Notes: generated by a model from the letters alone, not told the origin. 64,000 nucleotides of DNA from the human T2T-CHM13v2.0 reference genome, Homo sapiens (GCF_009914755.1 NC_060941.1), one strand, 5' to 3'; numbered from the stretch's first letter, positions 1-19,748 are shown. Program-made: numbers and translations.

Positions 1-499
1 CCCCCTCCCCACACCTCCCCCCACCACGCCTGGCTCTCTTTTCAGGACTCCCATCTGCCCGCTCCTCAGCTTGTTCCTGCAGCTCTGGCTTTTCCTCTCT
101 CCCAAACTGTACACATCTGCTGGCCTGGTACCAAAGACCCAGGGCGGAGAAGTTGGAGGTCCTGTCTCTGGGAGAGAACACGACGCACCTTTGCTACCTT
201 CCAGAAGCCCCTTCAGAGCCTGAATCTCTTATTATGACAGCGGGCGGGGGGAAAGGGAGAGGGGCGCGGACAGGGAGGAGAAGGGGCCTAGGATGAAAAA
301 ATCAAACTGGGACAGAGCAAGTGGCCCAGTCTAGGGCCTGGATCCTGGGAGAGGGCTAGAAGGGAGGAATGAGGGAATTTGGACTGCTGCCTGAAGACCA
401 AAAGAGCCAGGAAGAGAGAAATGGGACGCCATCAAAACTTGCAGAAAAACTTGAGAATATGAGACTAGTTCCCAGCCACAGCATTCACATAAATCTCTC

Positions 500-700
500 A
501 CCATAACCCAGGCATTATGCTAAGCACTTTATATTATCTTATTTCATCCCCAGAACAACCCCGTGAGATAGGTATTATTATCCCCATTCCATGGGGGATA
601 ACTAAGGCACGGAAGTTACTAAACTTGTCCAGTGCCTCATAACATGGTCTCAAGCTCTTAACAAATGGAGCCCAGGATTCAAAAATCTGAACTCTAATAA
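500..700 (-). mobile_element. MIR SINE relic
   Basis: Matches antisense MIR core (ccaggcattatgctaagcacttt...aacaaccccgtgagataggtattattatccccatt...aactaaggcac). Boundaries approximate. Confidence 0.7.
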
Positions 701-1720
701 TGGCTTGTCATTCTGGTTTCTTACCCTTGAGGAACCTGTGAGGTGTTAACCAACCTGTAAGCTGCATTCCAGCACTGGCAAACCTGGCCTCTCAAATATC
801 CAGCCAATTCTAAGTTTGGTGCCAGGAACACAGACTCCATCCAACCCCTTTCTCTGCCTTAGGCCTGATCCGAAGCCACTGTTTGCACTCCCCACACACT
901 TAACATCATAGCCCGTTTTCCCAGGCTCACAAAGTGCTTGAGATCACCCAAGCAGCCACCAGCCCCAATGATTTCCTACGAAGCCCACTTCCTCACTTTT
1001 CTACTTTACCTCAGGCCAACTTTACCAGACGCCTGGCCTGGTTGTTTGTACAGACAGATACCAAAACACCCTGTTGGTGCCTCCCCACCTCTAGGGGCTC
1101 AGGAAGACGTGCACAGCCAATCTGCCCAAACCCCAACCCTATCCTCTCAGGACTCAATAGTTGCTACCCCACGTCTATTCTCAAGGACGACTCTGAGGCC
1201 TAAACCCTTCCGTTTAACATGAGAAAGACGCCCGGAGCCGTAATGTGACTAGCTCTGGGTCTCACAAATTAAAACACCATCCTTTCTCATATCAGCATGC
1301 CAACCCTTTGGTACCCTCCGACTTGCCCTACCAGGGCCTCCCTCCGGCCTCCGAACCTCTGCCTCTTTCAAGTGTTTAAGGAGACCACCCAAACACCCTG
1401 GGAGCAGGGGCTCCTTCAGTCCCGACCTGAGAGGGAGCTCCCTCAGGTCGCAGAGGGCTTCCGAGCCCTTCCCCCCGGGCAGTCAAGTGTCCAGGGACTC
1501 CACGGGGGCGAGGGATCTGATGTCACTAACTCCCACCCCGTCCCTCTAGACCTGAGTTCACGGTCCCTATTCTCCACAACCATCAGAGCTCCCACCGCAG
1601 TTATCACGTATTTGCATGATCCCACACACACACACTCTAACACCTTCCTAACCGACCACACCACCCCGGAAAAGTCCACACCGATCGCCCCGCATCTCTC
1701 CCCCATCCCCGAGCACTCAC

Positions 1721-1800
1721 CGCTCGGCGCGCACGCACACTCCAAATTTCTTCTAGGACTTCTAGCATTACACTGGCTCCTCCAAACCCGCCCACGGGCC
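1721..1800 (-). other. PER1: Probable upstream non-coding first exon of PER1 (5' end approximate)
   Basis: Strong minus-strand donor GCG|GTGAGT after 1721, directly downstream of a CpG-rich CCAAT/E-box promoter. PER1 is known to lie just 3' of VAMP2 on the same strand with alternative first exons. No PER1 coding sequence is in the window, so identity rests on synteny. Confidence 0.6.
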
Positions 1801-1819
1801 GGGCTGCCACGCCCCCCAC

Positions 1820-2300
1820 GCTTATTGGCTTAGGGGCGCCGACCCATGCCCCGTGCCGCGTGCAGCCGCCGGCCCCCGCACAGCCTCCATTGGCACCTCC
1901 GGCCGCCATCGTCTTCTCATTGGTCAGCAGGCCAACGGGGGCGGGAGAGATACACGTGAGAGAGGGGCCGCCCCAACGCGGGGATTGGAAGCCTGACCGG
2001 AAGCCACGCCCTCGACACTTCTGAGGTTCTTATTGGCTGGGGAAATAACCCCCGACCTGCCAAGATTGGTGACGTAAATGCCAGTCCCGCTCTCCAAGCT
2101 TTCTCATAGGCTGAGAGGTCTTGGAGCTGTAGGGTACACGTGCCGGCGGTCTCACGCGGCAACTTGTTTACCCAGAAGCTGGGGATTTTCCTTGACGACA
2201 CTCTTAACCACGGCTGCTAAATCTGCGCAGGCGCAGCGAGCGTGACCTGCACGCAGGCGCAGACGTGAGCGGTGGCAGCGTATAAGGCGCACTTTGTACA
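1820..2300 (-). promoter_or_regulatory. PER1: CpG-rich circadian-type promoter (distal PER1 promoter)
   Basis: E-boxes CACGTG at 1953-1958 and 2137-2142, CACGCG 2153-2158, CRE-like TGACGTAA 2070-2077, repeated ATTGG (CCAAT on minus) near 1824, 1889, 1919, 1984, 2032, 2065, NRF1-like TGCGCAGGCGCA 2224-2235. Confidence 0.7.
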
Positions 2301-2469
2301 GAGACCCGGGCGTGACAAGGGCGCCTCTGGCGCTGGGGTTCCGGCCCTGGGTCCCACCGAGGCTCCCTGAAGCTGGAAGGTGAGAGTATTAGGGTGAAGC
2401 GGTCTTCAGATCTCAGCACGGTGTCTTGGTGACGATGAAAATAAGAGAGCCTCTTCCTGATTGTTTTCT

Positions 2470-2630
2470 GCGGGCCAGGCCAGGCGCTTCTCACAAACTC
2501 TGAGGAGGCCAGCTCACATACTCCCCCCGCCTCACAAATGAGACCGAGATGCAGGGGGGTTACGTAATCTGTTCGCCTGTAACACGCTAGTCAGTAACAA
2601 GGCGAAAACTTGAACCCAAGTCCCCGACAC
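2470..2630 (-). mobile_element. MIR relic carrying a perfect D-box (GTTACGTAAT, 2559-2568)
   Basis: Degenerate antisense MIR core (ctcacaaa...cacaaatgagaccgag...ggttacgtaat...gctagtcagt...cttgaacccaagtc). Confidence 0.6.
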
Positions 2631-2782
2631 CATAAAGCAGGCGGGTCCTGGGGCCCATGGGAACTCTTAAACCTGGAAGGAATTTGAGTTGGAAGTGCGA
2701 AATCCTGAGCACTGCCTGGCATATAGTAAGACTTCAATCAAGTTGGACATTCTGGTAATGATTGTGTACCTAATTATAAGAA

Positions 2783-3925
<1,143 letters not shown>

Positions 3926-4605
3926 CCACTCATTGTTGAAGCACCTGGGAACAGGGATACTAAGATGCCACATCGGGGCCTCCTGGACCTACAGGCTGTG
4001 GCAGTTCAGTGTGGGGTCTAAAGTCACAAGTCATACAACAGAGTACAGGGGTAGTAGGCCATCTACAGGCAGCTCCACAACATACTCAGCTTTGTCTCTG
4101 TGAGCCTATTTAAACCACAATTTACTAACCCCATCTGGGCGCTGGCACTGGGTTAGGCACAGAGGGGAAGACATGCTTCACAGAAATGGCCAACTACTTC
4201 ATCTACTGCTGCACGGGAGCCACTGCAGAGCGTCTAGAAGTTAAATCGAGGAGTAGAAAGGAGTCCAACAGCAGGAACATGCCCCAGTAAAGGGAAACGA
4301 AAGCTGGGAACCCTAGACCATAGGGCGCACCGGGCTTAGAGACACGGGCTGGCTATGACACTTCCCATTACCAACTCCTAGTGCCCCCCTGTGGCCACTT
4401 TGAGAATCACACTTTGCCCTGCCCAAGGTCAGGGCCTCTTGCAAAGTCCAGTCCATTACCAATGTATCTTCTCAACCTTCCTGGTATACCTTCCGATCCA
4501 ATATTATTCCCATTGGTTAAGAAAAGATCTTATTCTCCCCCAACCAAAAAAAAAAAATAGAAAAATAAAAAAGATCTTAGACAACACCTGGTTACTCATT
4601 ACACA

Positions 4606-4611
4606 TTTATT
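4606..4611 (-). terminator. VAMP2: VAMP2 polyadenylation signal AATAAA
   Basis: TTTATT on plus strand, preceded on the mRNA by UGUA and followed by a U-rich downstream element; implies a ~1.7 kb 3' UTR. Confidence 0.85.
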
Positions 4612-5819
4612 GTACATTTTCACAATCTGGATGCGCCACAGAATTGGGGGCATGGGGTGGGGGAAGAGGGGGGCAGGGGACACTGGGATAATATGGGGGG
4701 TCTAGAACACAGCACCCCCACCTCCAGCATCTCTCCTACCCTTTCACACCACAGCTTAGATATCCCTGCTCCCCCTCCACACAGAAAACCAGAAGTGTGG
4801 GGGGAAGAAAGTTTGGGGGCCCCCTCCCGTGGCAGGTTAAGGGACTGTACCCTCAAACCCTTAAAATTGTGCCATTTAAAAAGACAATAGACCCTTCCTC
4901 AATCAGTTCACCCAATGAGAGGACAGCTCTCTCTGGGCTCAATAGTCCTGGAGAGGGGCAAGCATCCCCGTTTTCCAGCAAGTCCCATACACACATTGGC
5001 AGTGACTAGTACCCCCACCCTAAATTCAGGGGGGGCAGTCAGAGGAGCTGGGCAGTGATGGGGCAACACCCCCCAAATTGGGGAGGAGGGTTTTCAGTCC
5101 AACCCCCAGCAGGGGTGAGGCCAGAGATTTCAGGCAGGAATTGGGGGGATTCTCTGCCCTGCCCCACTCCTCCCCAAGGCAGTGATGACCCCCACACACA
5201 CACTGGTAGCCACCCCTCTCACAAGAGATCAATTGTGGCCAACCCCCAACTCTCCTGGTGGGAGGAGGAGGTGGATCAGGCAGATGGGAGGGAAACCCCA
5301 TGGGAATGTCAGTTGAGTACCCCACATGAAAACTGGGGAGCAGGAATGTAGGGAGAAACCCGAAGTGGCAGAATTATTGGTCCATCATAACATACTGAAC
5401 TTCAAGACACTTACATACCAGCTGGGGGAGGGAGAGGAGGGTACAAGAGGTTTGGAAAATGAGGGTAAGGGAGGCAAACTGGACTAGAGGGGCTAGGAGG
5501 AGGCAATGCTGGGGACCAGAGCAGCCTGGTTCCCCAAAAGCCCAGGCTCCCCACCACCTGCGAGTAATGTCGTGCAAATGAAAATGTGATACAAGAACTA
5601 ATGGGGACTAACTCCTCAGTAAAAAAAGAAACACAGGTTGAGAGAAGAGTGATGGAACAAAAAGAAATGGAAAGGGATAGCAGTATGTAATGATACGCTA
5701 ATTAACATGCTGGACGCTCCCAAAGACCTTGGGATTCTTAGGACCAAGTGGGGCCAGTCTCAGAGCCTCCCAATGGATACAAAGAAGATGTACCTAAGGA
5801 AGCCTGGACAGGTGCTGTT

Positions 5820-5820
<1 letters not shown>

Positions 5821-5857
<37 letters not shown>
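5821..5857 (-). repeat. A37 homopolymer inside the VAMP2 3' UTR
   Basis: 37 consecutive T on the plus strand, not attached to an Alu body. Confidence 0.95.
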
Positions 5858-5863
<6 letters not shown>

Positions 5864-6306
5864 GGGGCAGAGGGAGCATGACGGGGAGAGTGAGGAGGAA
5901 AGAGGAAAGGAAGGCCAGGGTGGGAGGAAGGATCAGCTAAATCTGAGGGAAGAAGAAGGAAAGGAGAGGGACTATTGCATAGCAGATGCAAATGAAGGGA
6001 CTTGGGGCTAGTCAGGAAGAAAGGGAAAGGGAAGGAAGGCAAGAGAGAGGGGTGAAGGGAACCTCAGGAAGGGGTGTTAAGGACAACCGGAAAAATCATC
6101 TAGTAATAAAACTACAAACAGACCAAATATATATAATATTATATATGTATAAATAACAGCTGGCTATTTACAGGGGGACACACACACGGACACACACACA
6201 CACGGATCCAGGGGAGGGGGGGCTGAAAGATATGGCTGAGAGGTGGAGGAACGGCTGAGGGTTGGGGGAGAGGCCCTTCTCTAGGCAGGGCAGACTCCTC
6301 GGGGAT

Positions 6307-8331
6307 TTAAGTGCTGAAGTAAACTGTGGAGAGAGGGGAAGAAGATGAGGAAGAGGGAGAGGGGAGAGAAAGAGAGAGAACAAGAAAGCAGTGTGTCAGG
6401 CCTGGCCCTGCTCCAATCCTCCCCACTCCCCAGCTGGCTGACACCCTCTCTTGGACTCAGTTTTTCCATCTACAAAGCAAGGGGCTAGACAGGTAGGTTC
6501 TGAGGTCCCTTCCGCTCCATGGTATGGCCTTGAAGCCACAGACCCTAATCCTCTGAGCCTCTGAGACCGCAAGCTCTCAAATAATGGGGTGGTTGGCTTC
6601 CTGGTCATGTCTCAAGCCCCTGGTCCTTTCCTTTCTCCCACTCCTCAATTCCAGGGTTCTCAGACTGGGCTCTTAGGCCTAAAGGGTCCTCAATGGATAC
6701 ACCAGCTTTCCTATTTCCAAATGTTAACAAGACTGCCAAGAACTAGGCAAAATGCAGGCTAAATAACATCAAAGTTTTTGGCTCTAGATGAATCAGAATT
6801 GCCATTAGCAGCTATATGTGTTTTTGGCTGAAGAGTAAAAACTAGATTAATGACCTTCAAAACCTAGAATCCACTGGGGAAACCTCTCCAGGGAAAGGGC
6901 CCCGGCCATTCTCACCCTACTCACCTATGATGATGATGAGGATGATGGCGCAAATCACTCCCAAGATGATCATCATCTGGGGGTGAGAGGCGAGGATCAG
7001 TAAGACAAACTATGATACCCCATTCACCCACCTGTCCTCCTTCCTGTCCCCACCCTTACCTTGAGGTTTTTCCACCAGTATTTGCGCTTGAGCTTGGCTG
7101 CGCTTGTTTCAAACTGGGAGGCCCCCGCCTGGAGTGCATCTGCACGGTCGTCCAGCTCCGACAGCTTCTGGTCTCGCTCCAGGACCTTGTCCACGTTCAC
7201 CCTCATGATGTCCACCACCTGGGAGAAGGGCCCACGAGGCAGGGGGGTGTGCCAAGGCCCACCTCAGTGAGGGCAATCCTCAAACATGTGCCCACCGTGC
7301 CACACATGGAACATGCACCCTGATACTGCCAGGTTAACATGCCAAGGACACACAGAACATGCCTAGCACACCTGGGGACATGCAAGGAGCACACATCAGG
7401 GGCATGCTGGTGACATCTCAGATGTCATAGCAACACCCTCCCTCTATGGAACCTCAGGCGCTCTGTCCATCACCAGAGCACACCTGCCCAGGCTGGCACA
7501 CCCCAGGCTAGCAAAGCTGATTAACACCCCCAGCGCCCTTCCAAGTGCGTGCTGACAGGGAGACAGGGATGGGGCATGGTATCTTTGTCCGCAAACCCAC
7601 AGGCGTGAACTGTCATCACTCCCAAACCAACATGGGCCCCTACACCTATACGCCAACCCCCAGGGTCCCTCCTACTGCTTTTGACTCCCCCCACACTCAC
7701 CTCATCCACCTGGGCCTGGGTCTGCTGCAGTCTCCTGTTACTGGTGAGGTTTGGAGGGGGTGCAGGGGGACCACCCTCCCCAGCCGGGGCAGCAGGGGGG
7801 GCCGTGGCAGCGGTAGCAGACCTGAGGAGCAGGGACGGATTAAGACCCAGGGCCTGCAGCCTCCCGGCCCCGCAGCCAGGGCTCCGCCCATCCACCTGTC
7901 CATCCTCGTCCCTCCAGTCCTCCTTTTCGGGAGGAAGGCCACCCGATGTAAGCCCTGGTCTCGGTCCAGCCCTGCCGCCGATGAGCTGCGTGACCTTGAG
8001 CGAGGCCCCCCCGGCCTCAGTTTCCCCGCCTGTCAACTGAGGGCGACCTCACAGATGCGATCCGGGTCGACCCGAAAAGACAGGCGGCCGCGGTGACAGG
8101 GGCGGGGAGGGGCAGGAGGACACTGGGTCCGCTCCTTCCCGCGGCCATCGCCCGAGCCGGCCAGCCCGGGACGCGGGGCTCCTCGGCCGCCCGCGCGCAG
8201 TCACCGGCTTGGGCCTGGCCCCGGGGCGCGGGGAACGCAGAAGAGACCCCGGGCACTCCCGACGGCCGGTTGCCAAGGGCGGCGGCCGGCGCAGGGAAGC
8301 GCGGTGAGGGTGGCGGGCGGCCGACTCACAT
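6307..8331 (-). CDS. VAMP2: Vesicle-associated membrane protein 2 (synaptobrevin-2), 116 aa; complement(join(6307..6323,6925..6976,7060..7218,7701..7821,8330..8331))
   Basis: Spliced translation [116 protein letters not shown]. All introns GT-AG; exon lengths 2+121+159+52+17=351 nt. Confidence 0.99.
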
Positions 8332-8399
8332 GGCGGGGGCAGCGGGTGGAGGACTTGGCAGCGGCAGTGATGGCGGCGGCGGCTCGCGCTGGCTCCGAC

Positions 8400-8700
8400 T
8401 GGCGCTGGCTGCCCGGGACGGAAAGATGGCGGCCGCGCGTCACCCGCATCCGGGCACTGCGGGCGGGGGCGGGGCGCCGCGGGAGACGCGTCGCGAGCGG
8501 GGCCGCGGGGGCGGGGCGCTGCGGGGCGCTGCGGGGCGCTGCGGGGCGCTGCGGGGCGCTGCGGGGCGCTGCGGGGCGCTGCGGGGCGGGGGTCGTGCCG
8601 GGCAGGACCACGGGCCTCGCGCCATCATGCCCCGGCAGCTCCCTCGGCACTCGCGGGACCCCAAGGCGGGCTGCTGCGGCTTCCCCAAACCCACCGCCAC
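8400..8700 (-). promoter_or_regulatory. VAMP2: VAMP2 CpG-island promoter
   Basis: Very high CpG/GC content, YY1 motif AAGATGGCGGC 8423-8433 near the presumed TSS, multiple GC boxes. Confidence 0.85.
8511..8588. repeat. GC-rich decamer tandem repeat (GCGGGGCGCT)7.8
   Basis: Seven perfect copies 8511-8580 plus partial GCGGGGCG. Confidence 0.97.
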
Positions 8701-10848
8701 CCCACCCTGTCTGACCACAGCCCCCCAAACCGCCTGCCGCCTGCCCCTTAGAGCACAACGCAGCCTGGCCCTACACCTAACCCCCAGACCACTCCCTCAA
8801 TCGTGAACCCAGTAAACCAGCCTGCACCCCACACAGCCCAAGGTCTTGCCCCGCGCCCAGGTCCCAGCACCTAGCGACCCGCCTTCAGCACTTGGAATGG
8901 GCTGGAGTTGGGAAATCAGAGAGGGCCAGTGCAGGTGCTGGGGCAGTATCGAGAGCGGGGACCTTGCTGCTAGGGTGGAGAGGAGTGGGGGAGATTGGTC
9001 CCAACCCATCACCGCTGGTGGATGTCTCAGAGGAAGCCTGGGGTCCCTGGCCACTGGGTAGGAGGGTAGGAAGAAAAGATGAGGCAGGCTCTTCCCGCCC
9101 AAACAAGTCCAGGGGGCGGAGGACGGGGGAGTGTCTACAGGGTGTGGGGAGGGGGCTGCCCCGCCTCACGATTAAGGTTCAGACTAGGGGTACTTAACCG
9201 CTGGAGCAGGCCCGACTGAGGTGGGGTGAGCTGAGGACCCCGAGGAGGAGGGCACAAGGCTGCCGGGGGTGATGGGGGCAGGGGCTGCTTCACGTGGTGG
9301 CTGCTGACTGGCCAAGACCTAGCTTTGCCCCAGGCTTAGGTCAGCGACCCGACTGCAGGAAAGGGCTCAGGCTTTGGTCCCAGGCACAGGGCCTGGGCCA
9401 AAAAAAAAAAAAAAGCCTTTTTTCTTTTTCTCTCATTTTTTTTTCTTTAGTAGTAGGCACAGTGGGCACAGGTTACAAGGTGCTGCTTTACATGCGTATT
9501 CGCCTCGCAGGTGTGACCTTGGACCGTTGCCCTCCTCTCTCTGGACCCCAAATACATTGCATATGTAGGTACTAAATCCATATTTGTTAAATGGCTTGAT
9601 GTGGATAACATAGGAGATTATCCCTGGCTGGTCTCCATTAGGCCCTCTAAGCACACCCAGCAGCTGTATACACTCCCACCCAGCTTGTCAGAGAAGATGG
9701 GACCAGGGGAGCTGTCGCTCTGGTGGAGTGCAGGGGGTCAAAGCAAGCCTCAAGGGTGCAGGAGGCATTTTAGGCGAGGCCCTTTGGCCCTGGGGTGGGG
9801 GTGCTTACTACATCCCTGGAAGGTGCAGGGAGGCTGATGGCCTTGATCTCTAAGACAAACAGGAACCAGCTTCCTCCCTCCCCCACCCTGGCTTCCCAGG
9901 GCCTCCGGGTGTGAGATCCTCCCCCACTGCAGTGCCCCACCCGCTCCCCACAGAAGCCCGGAGAGTGGCTCTGTCACCAGAGGTGTCATTTCCCAGCTGT
10001 CTGTGGGAGGTGAGTGAGCAGGGAATGTGTGTGCTGGGTGTGGGAACTCAGCCCAATCTAAGAGAAGATACTCTTGGCTTCCTCCCCCTCAGAGGAGCAG
10101 CCGCGTCCCTGGTCCTTGTGCACTGACAGTCCCGGGTGGCTCAGCCTATGTGATGAGAAAGAAAAGAGCAGCTTCCACGGGGGTCTCAGATCATGCTGTG
10201 AGATGCTGGCTCCTGCTTTTTGGTCTTGAAATGATTCCTCTTTCTAGTCAGAGAACAAAGATGCCAAATTCCAGCCTTTTAAGTTCAAAACCCTCAGTGT
10301 CTGTCAGGGTATAAATAAGACATGGAGGATTGGAAGAGGCAGGCACAGGAAGCCCTTCCGCCCCCAGTTGGACACCCTGCACTAACTGAGGGGAGCCTAG
10401 TGCAGAGCCAGACAAGACATTTGATGCTGGTTTGGGGGTGATGTGGAAGGGACAGAGCCCCAGATACACGGTCAAGGCCAGGGGTCGTGCTATTGCTATT
10501 GGATCGTGGGGACGGCAGCAGCAGAGTAGAAATGAGGGCATGTGTGACCCACGGAGATGAAGGGCCCAGGAGGATTCATCTCAGAAAGAGGACTCTCATC
10601 CAGCAGCCCCTTCCCACCCCACCCCACCTAGGCTGTGGCTCAGAGGAACTCCCCAAATTTAGATCAATGGTGGAGGTGGGAGAAGGAGTGGGATGACGGA
10701 GTTCACCTGGAAGTGACTGAGAGAATGTTTTCTGCAGGCAGGTAGAATGGAGACCCAAATAGAGGTAAGTTGAACAATAGAAAAATAATGTATTTGCATA
10801 ACTCAGATTTGGCTTCTACATGTACTGGCTTCGGGAATTGGCCAATGA

Positions 10849-19040
<8,192 letters not shown>

Positions 19041-19469
19041 AGAGGGGGGTGGTCAACATACCATATGCTGAAGAGAGGTCAATCTCAAGTCTGAAAAGTG
19101 ACTCTGGATTTGGGAAGAAGTCATTGGTGATGATGAGTTTCTTGGGGGTGTACTGGTAGATTTTTAACAACCAACTCTCCAAAAACAAATGTATCCATGT
19201 ATATACATCTGCGCCGTGCACTCCTGCCTTGGCGACAGACCAAGACCCTACCTCAAGGAAAAAGAAATACAGTTCCTATTGAATACCATCCTGAGGGCAA
19301 CCACCATGTGCACAAGACTGCAGATATTTACTGATGTGCAATGTTTCCTGAGAAGTGAGGATTAAAGTTATCAAACGACAAAAAACAAAGAGCCCATTTG
19401 TATTATTTCACTGCCTAAATTCCAGAAAGCAACAAAAACCAAATCACAATTTTCAAGAACAAACAAATT

Positions 19470-19529
19470 TAGCAAGACTGCAAAATAGACAAACAGTAAT
19501 AGCAAGACTGCAAAATAGACAAACAGCAA
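19470..19529. repeat. 30-bp tandem duplication downstream of U8
   Basis: tagcaagactgcaaaatagacaaacagtaa / tagcaagactgcaaaatagacaaacagcaa (1 mismatch). Confidence 0.95.
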
Positions 19530-19569
19530 GGTTATCCCAGTCAGAACTTCATAGCTATGTTTGTGGATA

Positions 19570-19587
19570 TCTGCTAATCAGCATAAC
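19570..19587 (-). terminator. SNORD118: snRNA-type 3' box of U8
   Basis: GTTATGCTGATTAGCAGA ~26 nt past the mature 3' end, loosely resembling the GTTTN0-3AAARNNAGA Integrator 3' box. Confidence 0.6.
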
Positions 19588-19612
19588 ACAAATGTAAGTG
19601 ATCGTCAGAAAG

Positions 19613-19748
19613 AATCAGATAGGAGCAATCAGGGTGTTGCAAGACCTGATTACGCAGAGACGTTAATCACGTTTCATGCATCTCCAATCATCATGTTCTA
19701 ATCTGCCCTCCGGAGGAGGAACAGGTAAGGATTATCCCACCTGACGAT
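19613..19748 (-). ncRNA. SNORD118: U8 box C/D snoRNA (136 nt)
   Basis: Minus strand reads ATCGTCAGGTGGGATAATCCTTACCTGTTCCTCCTCCGGAGGGCAGATTAGAACATGATGATTGGAG...CTGATT; box C ATGATGA 19688-19694, box D CTGA 19615-19618, 3' hairpin AATCAGG/CCTGATT. Confidence 0.98.

Noticed and set aside
175-189. GRE-like AGAACAcgaCGCACC near PER1
   Set aside because: Only one good half-site; glucocorticoid receptor binding cannot be supported from sequence alone.
1297-1833. 178-aa plus-strand ORF
   Set aside because: Low-complexity Pro/Thr/His-rich sequence antisense to the presumed PER1 first exon/intron, with no recognisable homology.
8093-8806. 237/185/136-aa ORFs with GALRGAAGRC or APQRPAAPRS repeats
   Set aside because: Produced by the stop-poor CpG island and the decamer repeat; no recognisable domain.
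8884-8900. RE1/NRSE-like TTCAGCAC upstream of VAMP2
   Set aside because: The right half (GGACAG) is missing.
10773-10799. SOX (AACAAT) plus octamer (ATTTGCAT) pair
   Set aside because: Spacing and orientation do not match the composite SOX-OCT element; expected by chance.
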